Origin: Desulfurivibrionaceae bacterium
GTDB lineage: Bacteria > Desulfobacterota > Desulfobulbia > Desulfobulbales > VMSU01
NCBI GenBank assembly: GCA_030145275.1
Contig: JAQYVV010000006.1
Span: 8,000-71,999, forward strand
DNA: 64,000 bases
Direction of reading: 5' to 3'
Numbering within the stretch: the first letter of the stretch is position 1; the number at the start of each line of letters is the position of its first letter. The notes below the pieces were generated by a model, which searched no databases, had not been told where the DNA came from, and saw nothing but the letters and a program-made list of their open reading frames with translations. Below, piece by piece: positions 18,111 to 26,454 of this stretch. Made by a program: the position numbers and the translations under genes.

Positions 18111-18412
18111 GGTCTGCCGACACGCAGCCTTTTGGGATAAACACTCCACAACTAAACGGTCAGGCCTGCCCATCCAGTTGTGATCTCTCAGGTATAACGG
18201 ATACTCTCCCACAATAAACTCCCCTTGTTTATAAATATATCCCCAAAAAGAGTTTTTCCCTCTTTCAGCAGCCACAAAACACATATCACCTAACCTCGGG
18301 AACTCTGTAACTTTGCACCAAGCAACGACAAACTAAACAATCAGCCCAACAAACATTTCACGCTTTACTTAATAACTGTTTAACTTAATCCTTAAAGACT
18401 ACTACAATGTGA

Positions 18413-18428
18413 TGCATCAATAGTGCCA
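18413..18428 (-). promoter_or_regulatory. Candidate sigma-54 (-24/-12) promoter for the cytochrome gene set
   Basis: The minus strand reads TGGCAC-TATTG-ATGCA, against the consensus TGGCAC-N5-TTGCW. GG and GC have the correct spacing. It lies ~300 nt upstream of the start at 18110. Confidence 0.45.
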
Positions 18429-18984
18429 AGTACAAATAAAATCCTGCACAGCTACGTTGTGATCAGGGGCAAAGTGCCCCAAGAGAACATCAAGACCGGG
18501 GTTCTACCTATAAAAAAACTCCATCTTAATCCCCCCGTGTGTAAGAATTCTGACGGCCCAAAAGGAACCAAGAGACTATTCTATTTACAAAATCGTAACC
18601 GGAAACTCAGCCATGGCTCCAATTATGCGCAGCAGAATGAGAACAGCCCAGATAACACCAAGATACCGCTCGAATTACATAAACGCAACCAAATAGTCCA
18701 TCGGTAATTCCAATTACACCTGGTAGTGGTTTTTTTGACACAAAAGCGAAGAGGGAAGCTGACTCAAAAAGTGGCAGTGAGGGCGTAAGAAAACGAGGAA
18801 AAGGCTTCAGCAATGAGAATCGCAATGCCGATGCCTTCGGGATTGCGGATAATCATCATAGGATTGACGACAAGCACCCAGACGTGTCCATCCAGCAGCG
18901 GGCCGCCGCTATTCCAACGGATTAATGGGGGCAGCGACCTGGATAACAGGTTGACTGTTGGTCAAACGATACCGGGAAATAATG

Positions 18985-19016
18985 CCAGGTTTCAGTCACA
19001 GTAGACTGAAACCTGG
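18985..19016. other. Strong isolated hairpin (13-bp perfect stem)
   Basis: CCAGGTTTCAGTC-acagta-GACTGAAACCTGG, inside a 1.26-kb stretch with no credible ORF and with no U-tract on either side. Confidence 0.5.
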
Positions 19017-19546
19017 CCGGACTCCCGACGATACAACCTTTGCCCCTGGGCGGCAGATTGTATAAATGGAGAATTAAAGGCGTTTAACGACAGCAGGCCA
19101 AGTCAAGCCTATCCCCAGTCATGATGGGCCTGCAACTCCTGATCTTTGGGAGATAAAAAAAGAAACTTGCCCGGCCTATGGTGCAGTAGTGAATGATCTG
19201 CTGACAGCGCAAGGTGCGCGGTAAAAGCACTGAACCGAGGAATGTTGCAATGTTTCTCTCCGGGCATTGCGCAACAGCACCATCAAGCCCCTTGGCATGA
19301 CTGACTATAACCTGTAGGCAATACTGTTGATCGGGCTAAAGAAGAAACTACCAAGGGGACAGGAGACTGCAAAAGCAGCATTTAAGAAAGTTTTGTTTTG
19401 ATTCTTTTTGGCAGCAGTTGACCTTCTTTTTCATGTCTGAGATCCCCCAAATAAGCGATTACTTACCATCATCTCAGATCCAGATTTATTCCTAGAACAA
19501 AAGAGGTCAGTTTTGGAGAAGAAGTGATACACTATAACTTCCTCCG

Positions 19547-20320
19547 CTACTTTCTCGGCTTTAGGGTTGGCGCACCTGTCAACATGTATTGCAGCCACTT
19601 AAATCCAAAACGAAGTAAGGCCTCATCATCTTTTTCCATCTCTCTGACCTCGGATTTACTCAATTTAAAAGCGTTAAATAGTTGATGCTCTTGGGCATAG
19701 ACCCGGAAGGCATCAAGATTGTAGCACACCATAAATGCCATGCGCTGCCTTGGACCAGCCGCCCCTTCATCCCCCCAGGGGTTCTTGGAAAAGATAGTAT
19801 CCATTTCAGCCCAGAGATCATCCATCATATTGTAATAAAGCAGGTGCTGGTCTTGGAGCCACTCTTTCACGGTCCATTGCCGCTCTTCCCCATGGCCTTT
19901 GCAGTACGGATGGTCTGTCATAAAATAAAATTCATCACGCTGCCCCGACGAGGCGCTGCGATCCACCGCCCTCTCCAAGGGATAGGTGCGGCAGGCAGAA
20001 GGCCGGTCCTCATAGACTCGACAGCCGATTTTATCCAAAAAAGGACAGGTATGTTCCTGATTATCCAGCATCCTCAGAATAACTGCGGGGAAATAGGGAT
20101 TTGCTCCCTGGGCCACTCCAGCATATTTATCAAGAAACTCCTCCGAGGTGATGCCAAGCTTTTGTTTAAGCCTGATTATGTCATACGGGTAGAGGAAAAG
20201 TTCTAGTTTTCTGCAACAATGGGTAAAACAAGTTACACCAGAATGGCAGGCAAACTTAAATGTACTGTTTCCCAGGGGCACCATACCATCTGGAAACTCT
20301 TTTTTTTCTCCAGTGCTCAT
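19547..20320 (-). CDS. YkgJ-family (CxxCxxCC-type) cysteine-cluster protein
   Basis: N-terminal cluster FACHSGVTCFTHCCRKLELFLYPYDI, with further conserved Cys/His residues (HTCPFLD..GCRVYEDRPSACRTYP). Confidence 0.65.
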   Translation of the reverse strand: MSTGEKKEFPDGMVPLGNSTFKFACHSGVTCFTHCCRKLELFLYPYDIIRLKQKLGITSEEFLDKYAGVAQGANPYFPAVILRMLDNQEHTCPFLDKIGCRVYEDRPSACRTYPLERAVDRSASSGQRDEFYFMTDHPYCKGHGEERQWTVKEWLQDQHLLYYNMMDDLWAEMDTIFSKNPWGDEGAAGPRQRMAFMVCYNLDAFRVYAQEHQLFNAFKLSKSEVREMEKDDEALLRFGFKWLQYMLTGAPTLKPRK

Positions 20321-20341
20321 TGTATCTTCACTCCTTTATTG

Positions 20342-20450
20342 GTAAATATTCGGCAACACTCCAGCTACGCCCGACCTGGCCGACTCACGTAGAACTACTA
20401 CGCTTCGCCAGCCAGATCGAACACATCTGAAGCGTTGTCAAACATTTACA
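20342..20450. repeat. Palindromic intergenic repeat, type A
   Basis: GTAAATATTCGGCAACAC...GTTGTCAAACATTTAC. It shares the CACGTAGAACTACTACGCTTCGCC core with the copies at 21498 and 34149. Confidence 0.85.
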
Positions 20451-20465
20451 GAATAGTGGTTTTTA

Positions 20466-21476
20466 TTAGTTTTGGGCAGCAAGCCGAATATTTACCTTTA
20501 TTGAATCGGAAAGCATCCCCACGGCGAGGGCGTAATAGGTTGATCGGTTCCATTTCATTAGGACCCTGAAATTATCATATATCAAAAAATATCGGTTTTC
20601 AGATTTATCCGGATGAATGAGAGATGCGCTCACCTGTGCGGCAGGAAGGGAAGCTCCTTTTGCTGTGCGCACTCCAAGTCCCTGCCAATAAGACAAATCT
20701 TTTTGGGTGGAAAGCCCAATCAAACTGGGGTCCAATCCCGAGGGGACAAGGACCTCCCTGCCCCATTTCCAGCCAGGTTGCCATCCAGAGACAGAGAGAT
20801 AGTTGGCTCCGGAGGCAAAAAGATCGCCACCCTGTTGCCATATTTCTATCTTCCCGTCAGGTTCAAAGTCGACTCCATATTTCCGAAAAACAGAGGGTAG
20901 AAACTGAAGATACCCCATCGCCCCGGCCCATGACCCTTCCATCTGCGACATGGAAACTTTTCCATCATCCAGTAGGTGCAAGGCATCAAGCAGTTCTTTT
21001 TTAAAAAAGGCACTGCGCCTTGGATCATAGGACAACGTTGCAAGTGCTTCTATTATTGGAAAGCCGCCGGTTACCCTGCCAAAGTCAGTCTCTATGCCCC
21101 ATAAAGCAACGAGTACGTGAGGTGGAACTCCGTACTTCCGGGCCACCTTTTCCAAAAGGGGATAATTTTTATTAAGCTCATTGCGCCCTTTTTTAACCCG
21201 AATAGAAGATATTGTCCGAGATAAATATTGGCTGAGGTTTAGTTTAAATTCAGGCTGGTTTCTATCAAGTTTTATGACCAGTTCATTATAGCTAACTCGA
21301 GAAAAGGCGTTTTCCAAAGTCCCAGAGGATATACCCGCAGTAATGGCCTCCCCCTTAAACTGCTGTACCCAGGAATCAAAACCAGCCCCTTCAGATTCCG
21401 TGGCCTGACAGATCGCGGCAACAGCAAAGAACAATACAAAAACAATGATTCCCTGGATAGATACTCTATGACTCAT
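20466..21476 (-). CDS. mltB: Lytic murein transglycosylase (MltB family)
   Basis: Signal peptide, then LVALWGIETDFG and GAMGYLQFLPSVF motifs. The start was moved to MSHRVSIQG because the first 13 ORF codons lie in a repeat terminus. Confidence 0.8.
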   Translation of the reverse strand: MSHRVSIQGIIVFVLFFAVAAICQATESEGAGFDSWVQQFKGEAITAGISSGTLENAFSRVSYNELVIKLDRNQPEFKLNLSQYLSRTISSIRVKKGRNELNKNYPLLEKVARKYGVPPHVLVALWGIETDFGRVTGGFPIIEALATLSYDPRRSAFFKKELLDALHLLDDGKVSMSQMEGSWAGAMGYLQFLPSVFRKYGVDFEPDGKIEIWQQGGDLFASGANYLSVSGWQPGWKWGREVLVPSGLDPSLIGLSTQKDLSYWQGLGVRTAKGASLPAAQVSASLIHPDKSENRYFLIYDNFRVLMKWNRSTYYALAVGMLSDSIKVNIRLAAQN

Positions 21477-21497
21477 GCTATACTGTAATCCCTTAAG

Positions 21498-21722
21498 GTA
21501 AATGTTCGGCAACACTCCATGACGGAGTCTACACTACGTTTCGCTTACCTACGCCCGCCCAACGGAAGTGCCCTTGGGGTGCGATCAGGCTGACTCACGT
21601 AGAACTACTACGCTTCGCCAACCTGATCGAACACATCTGAAGCGTCGGAGTCTTCGCTTACCTGTCAAACATTTACATTTTATTGGTTATTGTTGTTTTC
21701 CAGTGTTAGCCGAATATTTACC
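21498..21722. repeat. Composite type A repeat (nested modules plus TTATTGTTGTTTTCCAGTGTTAGCCGAATATTTAC tail)
   Basis: It is homologous in inverse orientation to 34149-34315, and its tail is also present at 24078-24122. Confidence 0.85.
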
Positions 21723-21920
21723 CTTTAAGATAGAAATATTGGTAAATGTTGCTACTCTACCGTATTCCCCCCTTTTTTTCCAGCAAAGACAGCCCCCCCC
21801 TGGGCAACTATCTGCCTCAACAACATCCTCAAGCCCCCAGCAGATCAAAAAAAAAGGGTGCCTTATAAAAGACACCCTTATCCCAGAGCCTATCTCGCCC
21901 TTATGTAAATATAATCATAG

Positions 21921-22095
21921 TTGCTATTCAGGTAGGGCCCCAAAACGGGCATAACCACCAAATTGTAACTGTTTAGATGTGCCCCAGGTGTGTGTGAACA
22001 GGCCTTTCAGCAGATAGCGAACAAAGTGAGACTTCGATACATCGGTATGCTGGAAGTCCTGTTCGCGCGCAGATGGGGTGCAGCTGAACAGTTAC
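21921..22095. repeat. Palindromic intergenic repeat, type B (GTAACTGTTTAGATGTGCCCC...GCAGCTGAACAGTTAC)
   Basis: It shares CAGGTAGGGCCC-AAAACGGGCATAACCAC and the GAACAGGCCTTTCAG hairpin module with 30537-30726 and 52632-52780. Confidence 0.85.
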
Positions 22096-22110
22096 ATATA
22101 ATCATCGTAA

Positions 22111-23418
22111 CTATTCTACTGTACAATCGCCCCCTTCACAGCTAAGATCACCAACAAGAAAGCGGGACTTGAATCCGGCCTTTTTCAAAACAGTGTGGGC
22201 CATTTCCGCCCGAGCTCCGGTTGTGCAATGGACAAGCATTTCCTTGTCTTTCGGCAGCTCTGCCATACGTGCTTCAAGATTGTCTAAGGGTATGGTGATA
22301 ACATTTGAGAAAGTACCTCCTACTGTTTCCTCTGCCCCCCTGACATCAAGAACAACTTGGGTGGCACTTCCCTCTTCGGCGACTACCAGAAATTCTTCCG
22401 AACTAACTTCACCTTTGCCAAGTTTTCTGACCCATTCAATCTCAGTAGCAGGTTCGCCGGAGACTAATTTCCCGCCCCTTGCCTGGTATCCCTGCAAACC
22501 TCCATCAATAAGGGAAACACCCTTTATTCCCGCTTGCGCCAACTCCTTGCGCGCACCTTTGGCGTTGTCACCATAGATGACAACAGGAGCCTTCGAATCA
22601 AAATCATCCAGATAATCCTCCAACTCATCATACGGGATATTCACGGTTCTGGCTATATGGCCTGCCGCTGACTCTTTTTCAGAGCGGAGATCCACCAAAA
22701 TAATATTACCCTTCTGGATAAACGCGTCACTGGCAACTACTGACTGTCCTGCCTTTTTCCAACCTGGAACACCTTGGAGATATATTTTAACATTTGTGTA
22801 ACCTAATTTCTTCGCCAGACCGGCGGATTTTGAGCTCATGCCTCAGGTAGGGCCTCCACAATGAAAAACCAAGAGGGTATCTTTATCAGCCGGGAGTAAT
22901 TCTGCTCCTTTTGCAACCATTGCCCCCACTGGGATAGAAACCGACGAAGGAACATGGCCTGCAGCAAATCGACCAGCAGGCCTTGAATCTACCAGAAAGA
23001 AACCTCCCTTCTCAGGCCCGAGAGCAACTAGGCCAATCATCTCTTCAGACTGTATTTCGGTTACACCGGCAGGCAGCTTGGCAAGTTTTGGCTTCACAAC
23101 AGTGGCAAATTTATCAGCGCCTCGTACTTCAAAGTGAACGATGGCAGCTTCACCTTTCTTAGCATGGTCCATGCCTTTGGTGTCATCATCGAATTTAACC
23201 ATCACCAGGTCTTTACCAACGACCATAGAAATACTTTTGGCCTTGTTCGATACACCCGCCACTTTGCCTTTATAGACGTTTGCGTCCTTTTTCTCAACTG
23301 CAGAAGTTGGAGCAGCAGCGCTTTGCGTGCCACTGCCTGTATTACCGACACACCCCCCTGCCAGGAATCCCGCAAAGACGAGAAACGCAACAAGTCTTAA
23401 TACTTTAATTTTCTTCAT
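22111..23418 (-). CDS. Lipoprotein with three rhodanese domains; the in-frame UGA at 22843-22845 is read as selenocysteine (candidate selenoprotein)
   Basis: ORFs 22843-23418 and 22111-22839 are in the same frame and are separated only by TGA-GGC. The junction ...LLVFHCGGPT-U-GMSSKSAGLAKKLGYTNV... is the active-site loop and helix of a single rhodanese fold. The lipobox is FLAGGC. The third domain has a normal HCTTGARA active site. Confidence 0.6.
22800..22842 (-). promoter_or_regulatory. Candidate bacterial SECIS hairpin
   Basis: The mRNA reads UGA GGC AUG AGC UCA AAA UCC GCC GGU CUG GCG. The stem CGCC/GGCG closes a GGUCU loop that starts 21 nt after the UGA. This resembles the GCA-GGUC-UGC apex of E. 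coli fdhF, which starts 18 nt after its UGA. Confidence 0.45.
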
Positions 23419-23440
23419 AACTACCTCCCTTTTCTTTTTA

Positions 23441-23827
23441 TTAATTATACCAACTAAGTACTTTATGAATACCAGCTATAAGCTCTGCTGCTTCTACCGG
23501 TTTACTTATCATCAAAGCACATCTATCACGAAATTCTTGATTTATGATTTCCTCGTCTCCATATCTGACCAAAGCAACAATTGGTATACCCTCCCCTATT
23601 TGTAGTAGTGTTTCTGCCATATTTTCGCAGCAACCATCAGGAGAATTTGTATCTACAAGCAACATGCTGACCGGATTATGATCCTTGGCGGATTCAGATA
23701 TTTTCGCCATGACCAAGGAACAGTCGTCAACTGTACTTATGGAAAAATTTTCGCTTTTCAGGGTCAAAGACAATATTCGCTGCAGTCCTATTTCACGCTC
23801 AGCTACAAGTATATGTTTTCGATTCAT
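23441..23827 (-). CDS. Single-domain response regulator (REC only)
   Basis: ILVAEREIGLQ...SMLLVDTNSPDG...ISKP. The acceptor Asp and the Lys are conserved. Confidence 0.8.
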   Translation of the reverse strand: MNRKHILVAEREIGLQRILSLTLKSENFSISTVDDCSLVMAKISESAKDHNPVSMLLVDTNSPDGCCENMAETLLQIGEGIPIVALVRYGDEEIINQEFRDRCALMISKPVEAAELIAGIHKVLSWYN

Positions 23828-23909
23828 TAATTTAATCGTTCATTAATAATTTCAGATACAGCCTGACAAAAAGTATCCTGATCTTAGACGTTGCCGTACC
23901 CTTGACTAT

Positions 23910-23925
23910 AGCAAACTGCATGCCA
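23910..23925 (-). promoter_or_regulatory. Sigma-54 (-24/-12) promoter for the REC-rhodanese operon
   Basis: The minus strand reads TGGCAT-GCAGT-TTGCT, near-perfect against TGGCAC-N5-TTGCW. The GC of the -12 box is ~85 nt upstream of the ATG at 23827. Confidence 0.6.
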
Positions 23926-24006
23926 AAACCAATAATCAAACACAAGACATTGATATATAAAGGTTTTATCAAGATATCCAAGAAAAATGATTGCTCAGCA
24001 TTAATG

Positions 24007-24018
24007 CAAATTAATTTG
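24007..24018. promoter_or_regulatory. Perfect 12-bp palindrome CAAATTAATTTG (possible enhancer/IHF-type site)
   Basis: It lies ~90 nt upstream of the -24 box; the function is a guess. Confidence 0.2.
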
Positions 24019-24077
24019 ACACAGTAAGTCCTTATATGGTTTAACTCCTACATGTAGCCTGTCTTCTGGCCATAATA

Positions 24078-24122
24078 ATTTTGTTGATTATTGTTGTTTT
24101 CCAGTGTTAGTCGAATATTTAC
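24078..24122. repeat. Partial type A repeat (tail module only)
   Basis: AATTTTGTTGATTATTGTTGTTTTCCAGTGTTAGTCGAATATTTAC matches the tail of 21498-21722. Confidence 0.8.
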
Positions 24123-24363
24123 CGGTAATCAGTAGTGCCACCCTTGCACTACGATCAGCAATATGACGCCGCTTTGCTGCTATCTGATCATTATAAACAT
24201 TTTCATTTTTGACCAATTGGCAGTTTAGTACCTTAGAAATCATTTCGAAGTCTGCGCTTATCTCGTGTTTTTTATACCCCCCCAGGTAAGCGTTAGACTC
24301 CGAGGGGGTACTGAACTGAGTGGCAATAAATGAAGAAAGTAGATTCATTTGAGCGTGTTGCAT
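24088..24363 (-). CDS. Hypothetical protein (91 aa), doubtful
   Basis: Its last ~11 codons (..GKYSTNTGKQQ) are encoded by the repeat, and it has no recognisable motif. Confidence 0.25.
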   Translation of the reverse strand: MQHAQMNLLSSFIATQFSTPSESNAYLGGYKKHEISADFEMISKVLNCQLVKNENVYNDQIAAKRRHIADRSARVALLITGKYSTNTGKQQ

Positions 24364-24426
24364 CTACTGTTAAGGTACTTATTTCCGGTTTATCCGGATT
24401 GGGATCATGGTGTCTTTTTGAAGCAC

Positions 24427-24457
24427 GCAAATAAACTTGACAAAGCAAATAAACTTG
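24427..24457 (+). repeat. Direct repeat GCAAATAAACTTG x2 (18-nt period)
   Basis: There are two identical 13-mers. The second ends 22 nt before the kinase ATG, so it may be an operator. Confidence 0.5.
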
Positions 24458-24479
24458 CACCCGTTGCCCCTCTTAATAT

Positions 24480-26435
24480 ATGAAATTACGAACCATCATA
24501 TTCTGGACCATCTTTTCCATAGGGATTACCCCCCTCCTCACCTTGGTGGCGATTAATCTTAAAGGGCATATGGAAAGGCATGAAGAGGTCGAACATCAAA
24601 GGCTCTTGGCTCAGTCAAAGCTTATCCAGGGAACATTATTAAACAGCATCAAATATCTTGACGCAGACCCGATTGACTTTATTCCTGAGTATGCAGATTA
24701 TATCTGGATTGACCGAAAAGGCACATATAGACATCTCCCCTCCGCCTTTCTTTTCCCAGAGCTACAAATACAGACCAACAAAAAGAAAAAAACAGCTACC
24801 CATGCTTTTCGTGACTTTCCTGGACTGCAAAATGAGATGCCAACTAATAAGCCCTTTTTATTGAACGTCAGGGGGAGGACCTTTTCGTGGCTCCCTCTTT
24901 CTGATAGCCATAGCAAGAAGACTATTTTCTGGGTTGGCAAAGAAATTGACACCTCTGCATCTCAGAAGTGGCGGCAATCACTGATTGAAAATATTTTTGT
25001 TATTGTTGTGTCAACAATGCTGCTCGTTTTTTTTATTGCTAAATTTATATCCTCAAAGGTTGACCGGTGGCAAAAAGAGCTGATTCAAGGACTAATTACC
25101 GTGCTCAACAAGGAAGAAAAAGTGACCTTTGTCTGGAATGACACCCAGGAAATGAAAGACTTGGGAAACGACCTCACCTCTCTTTGCAGTCAATACATAG
25201 AAAGCAGAAAGACCAGTCGCACCTCGGAAATGGAACTAAAAGAAAGTGAAAACAGATTCAGAAAACTGACGGCTTCGGCTCAAGATGCCATCATTATGAT
25301 GGACAACAATGGTAACACCGCTTTCTGGAACAAAGCGGCTGAAACAACATTCGGCTACAGCAGTGAACAGGCAATTGGCCAGCCGATCCACTCGCTTCTG
25401 GACCTTCGGAGGCACAATTCACCCGACGCGCACAACAGTTTCCCGCAAGATGAAAGCAAAAAAAAACAGGCCCCAGTTAGACATGAAACCCTTGAACTGA
25501 CAGCCCGTAAACAGGATGGGAACGACATAAGTATTGAACTCTCGTTATCTGCTGCCCAAATAAATGAGCAGTGGCATGCCATCTGGATAGCTCGCGACAT
25601 CTCAGAAAGGAAAAAAGCTGAAAAAGAGGCAAAACTGCGGCAACAGCAACTTCTCCAAGCAGACAAAATGCACTCATTGGGTCTCCTGGTCTCCGGCATG
25701 GCCCATGAAATTAACAACCCGAACAGCATTACGATTCTTAACTCCTCCATGCTAGCCAACGCCTGGAAAAGTATAACACCAGTCCTTGAAGATTATTACC
25801 AAGAAAATGGCGACTTTATCGTGGCAGGTCTTGAGTATAGTGAGATGAGGGAACAGATCCCCATGCTGCTTGATGAACTTGAAGATAGTGGAAAAAGGGT
25901 CAAAAACATTGTCAAGGACCTGAAAGACTACGCCCGCCAGGAGTCTTCTATGATATCGAAAGATATTGACCTGAACAAGGTGGTAGACAAAGCTATCCGA
26001 CTCACAAACAATCAGATAAAAAAAGCCACATCTAACTTTCACTTTCATCCGGCATCTCACCTCCCCCTGCTCAAGGGGAACCAGCAAAGATTTGAACAGG
26101 TTGTCATTAACCTTATCCAAAATGCCTGTGAAGCACTACAGGAAAGCAGCGCCCAAATAAAGATCAGCACCTCCTACAACCTCACAGACAGAACCACACA
26201 GCTATGTGTCGAAGACCAAGGACACGGGATTGCCAAGGAGGATCTGCAACATGTTATCGACCCTTTCTTTACCACAAAAAGAGATTTTGGCGGAACCGGT
26301 CTCGGTCTTTCAGTTTCAGCAGGCATCATAAAAAGATACAAAGGAAGCATTGATTTTACCTCCGAAGCCGGCAAAGGGACCAAGGTCACCGTATCCTTCC
26401 CCTCAGCTGAACAAACAACGCTAAAACCTCAGTAA
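24480..26435 (+). CDS. Membrane sensor histidine kinase with PAS domain (NtrB-like partner)
   Basis: It has two TM segments and a PAS domain (FRKLTASAQDAIIMMDNNGNTAFWN). The H-box is GMAHEINNPN and HATPase_c is marked by GTGLGLSV. Confidence 0.85.
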   Translation: MKLRTIIFWTIFSIGITPLLTLVAINLKGHMERHEEVEHQRLLAQSKLIQGTLLNSIKYLDADPIDFIPEYADYIWIDRKGTYRHLPSAFLFPELQIQTNKKKKTATHAFRDFPGLQNEMPTNKPFLLNVRGRTFSWLPLSDSHSKKTIFWVGKEIDTSASQKWRQSLIENIFVIVVSTMLLVFFIAKFISSKVDRWQKELIQGLITVLNKEEKVTFVWNDTQEMKDLGNDLTSLCSQYIESRKTSRTSEMELKESENRFRKLTASAQDAIIMMDNNGNTAFWNKAAETTFGYSSEQAIGQPIHSLLDLRRHNSPDAHNSFPQDESKKKQAPVRHETLELTARKQDGNDISIELSLSAAQINEQWHAIWIARDISERKKAEKEAKLRQQQLLQADKMHSLGLLVSGMAHEINNPNSITILNSSMLANAWKSITPVLEDYYQENGDFIVAGLEYSEMREQIPMLLDELEDSGKRVKNIVKDLKDYARQESSMISKDIDLNKVVDKAIRLTNNQIKKATSNFHFHPASHLPLLKGNQQRFEQVVINLIQNACEALQESSAQIKISTSYNLTDRTTQLCVEDQGHGIAKEDLQHVIDPFFTTKRDFGGTGLGLSVSAGIIKRYKGSIDFTSEAGKGTKVTVSFPSAEQTTLKPQ

Positions 26436-26454
26436 CTATATTATATAAGCCCAT

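Noticed and set aside
18111-18284. 58-aa extension (MCFVAAERGKNSF...) before the signal peptide of the 6-haem cytochrome.
   Set aside because: A Sec signal peptide must be N-terminal and the extension has no motif. I cannot exclude it without 5'-end data.
18423-18825. Small ORFs (94 aa plus strand, 72 aa minus strand) in the 18.3-19.5 kb gap.
   Set aside because: They overlap each other, have no motifs, and neighbouring frames are interrupted. They are more consistent with decayed sequence than with genes.
21477-21515. First 13 codons (MLPNIYLKGLQYS) of the MltB ORF.
   Set aside because: They overlap the repeat terminus at 21498. A Met followed by a signal peptide begins at 21476.
21568-21954. 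128-aa plus-strand ORF, together with the antisense ORF 21687-21875.
   Set aside because: They run through two repeat elements and the spacer between them, the composition is low-complexity, and the C-terminus of the antisense ORF (GKYSANTGKQQ) recurs at another repeat copy.
22843-22855. 12-nt identity (TCAGGTAGGGCC) between the UGA region of the rhodanese gene and the flank module of type B repeats at 21929 and 30537.
   Set aside because: The match does not extend beyond 12 nt and lies within conserved coding sequence. I treat it as coincidence, although it is statistically unexpected.
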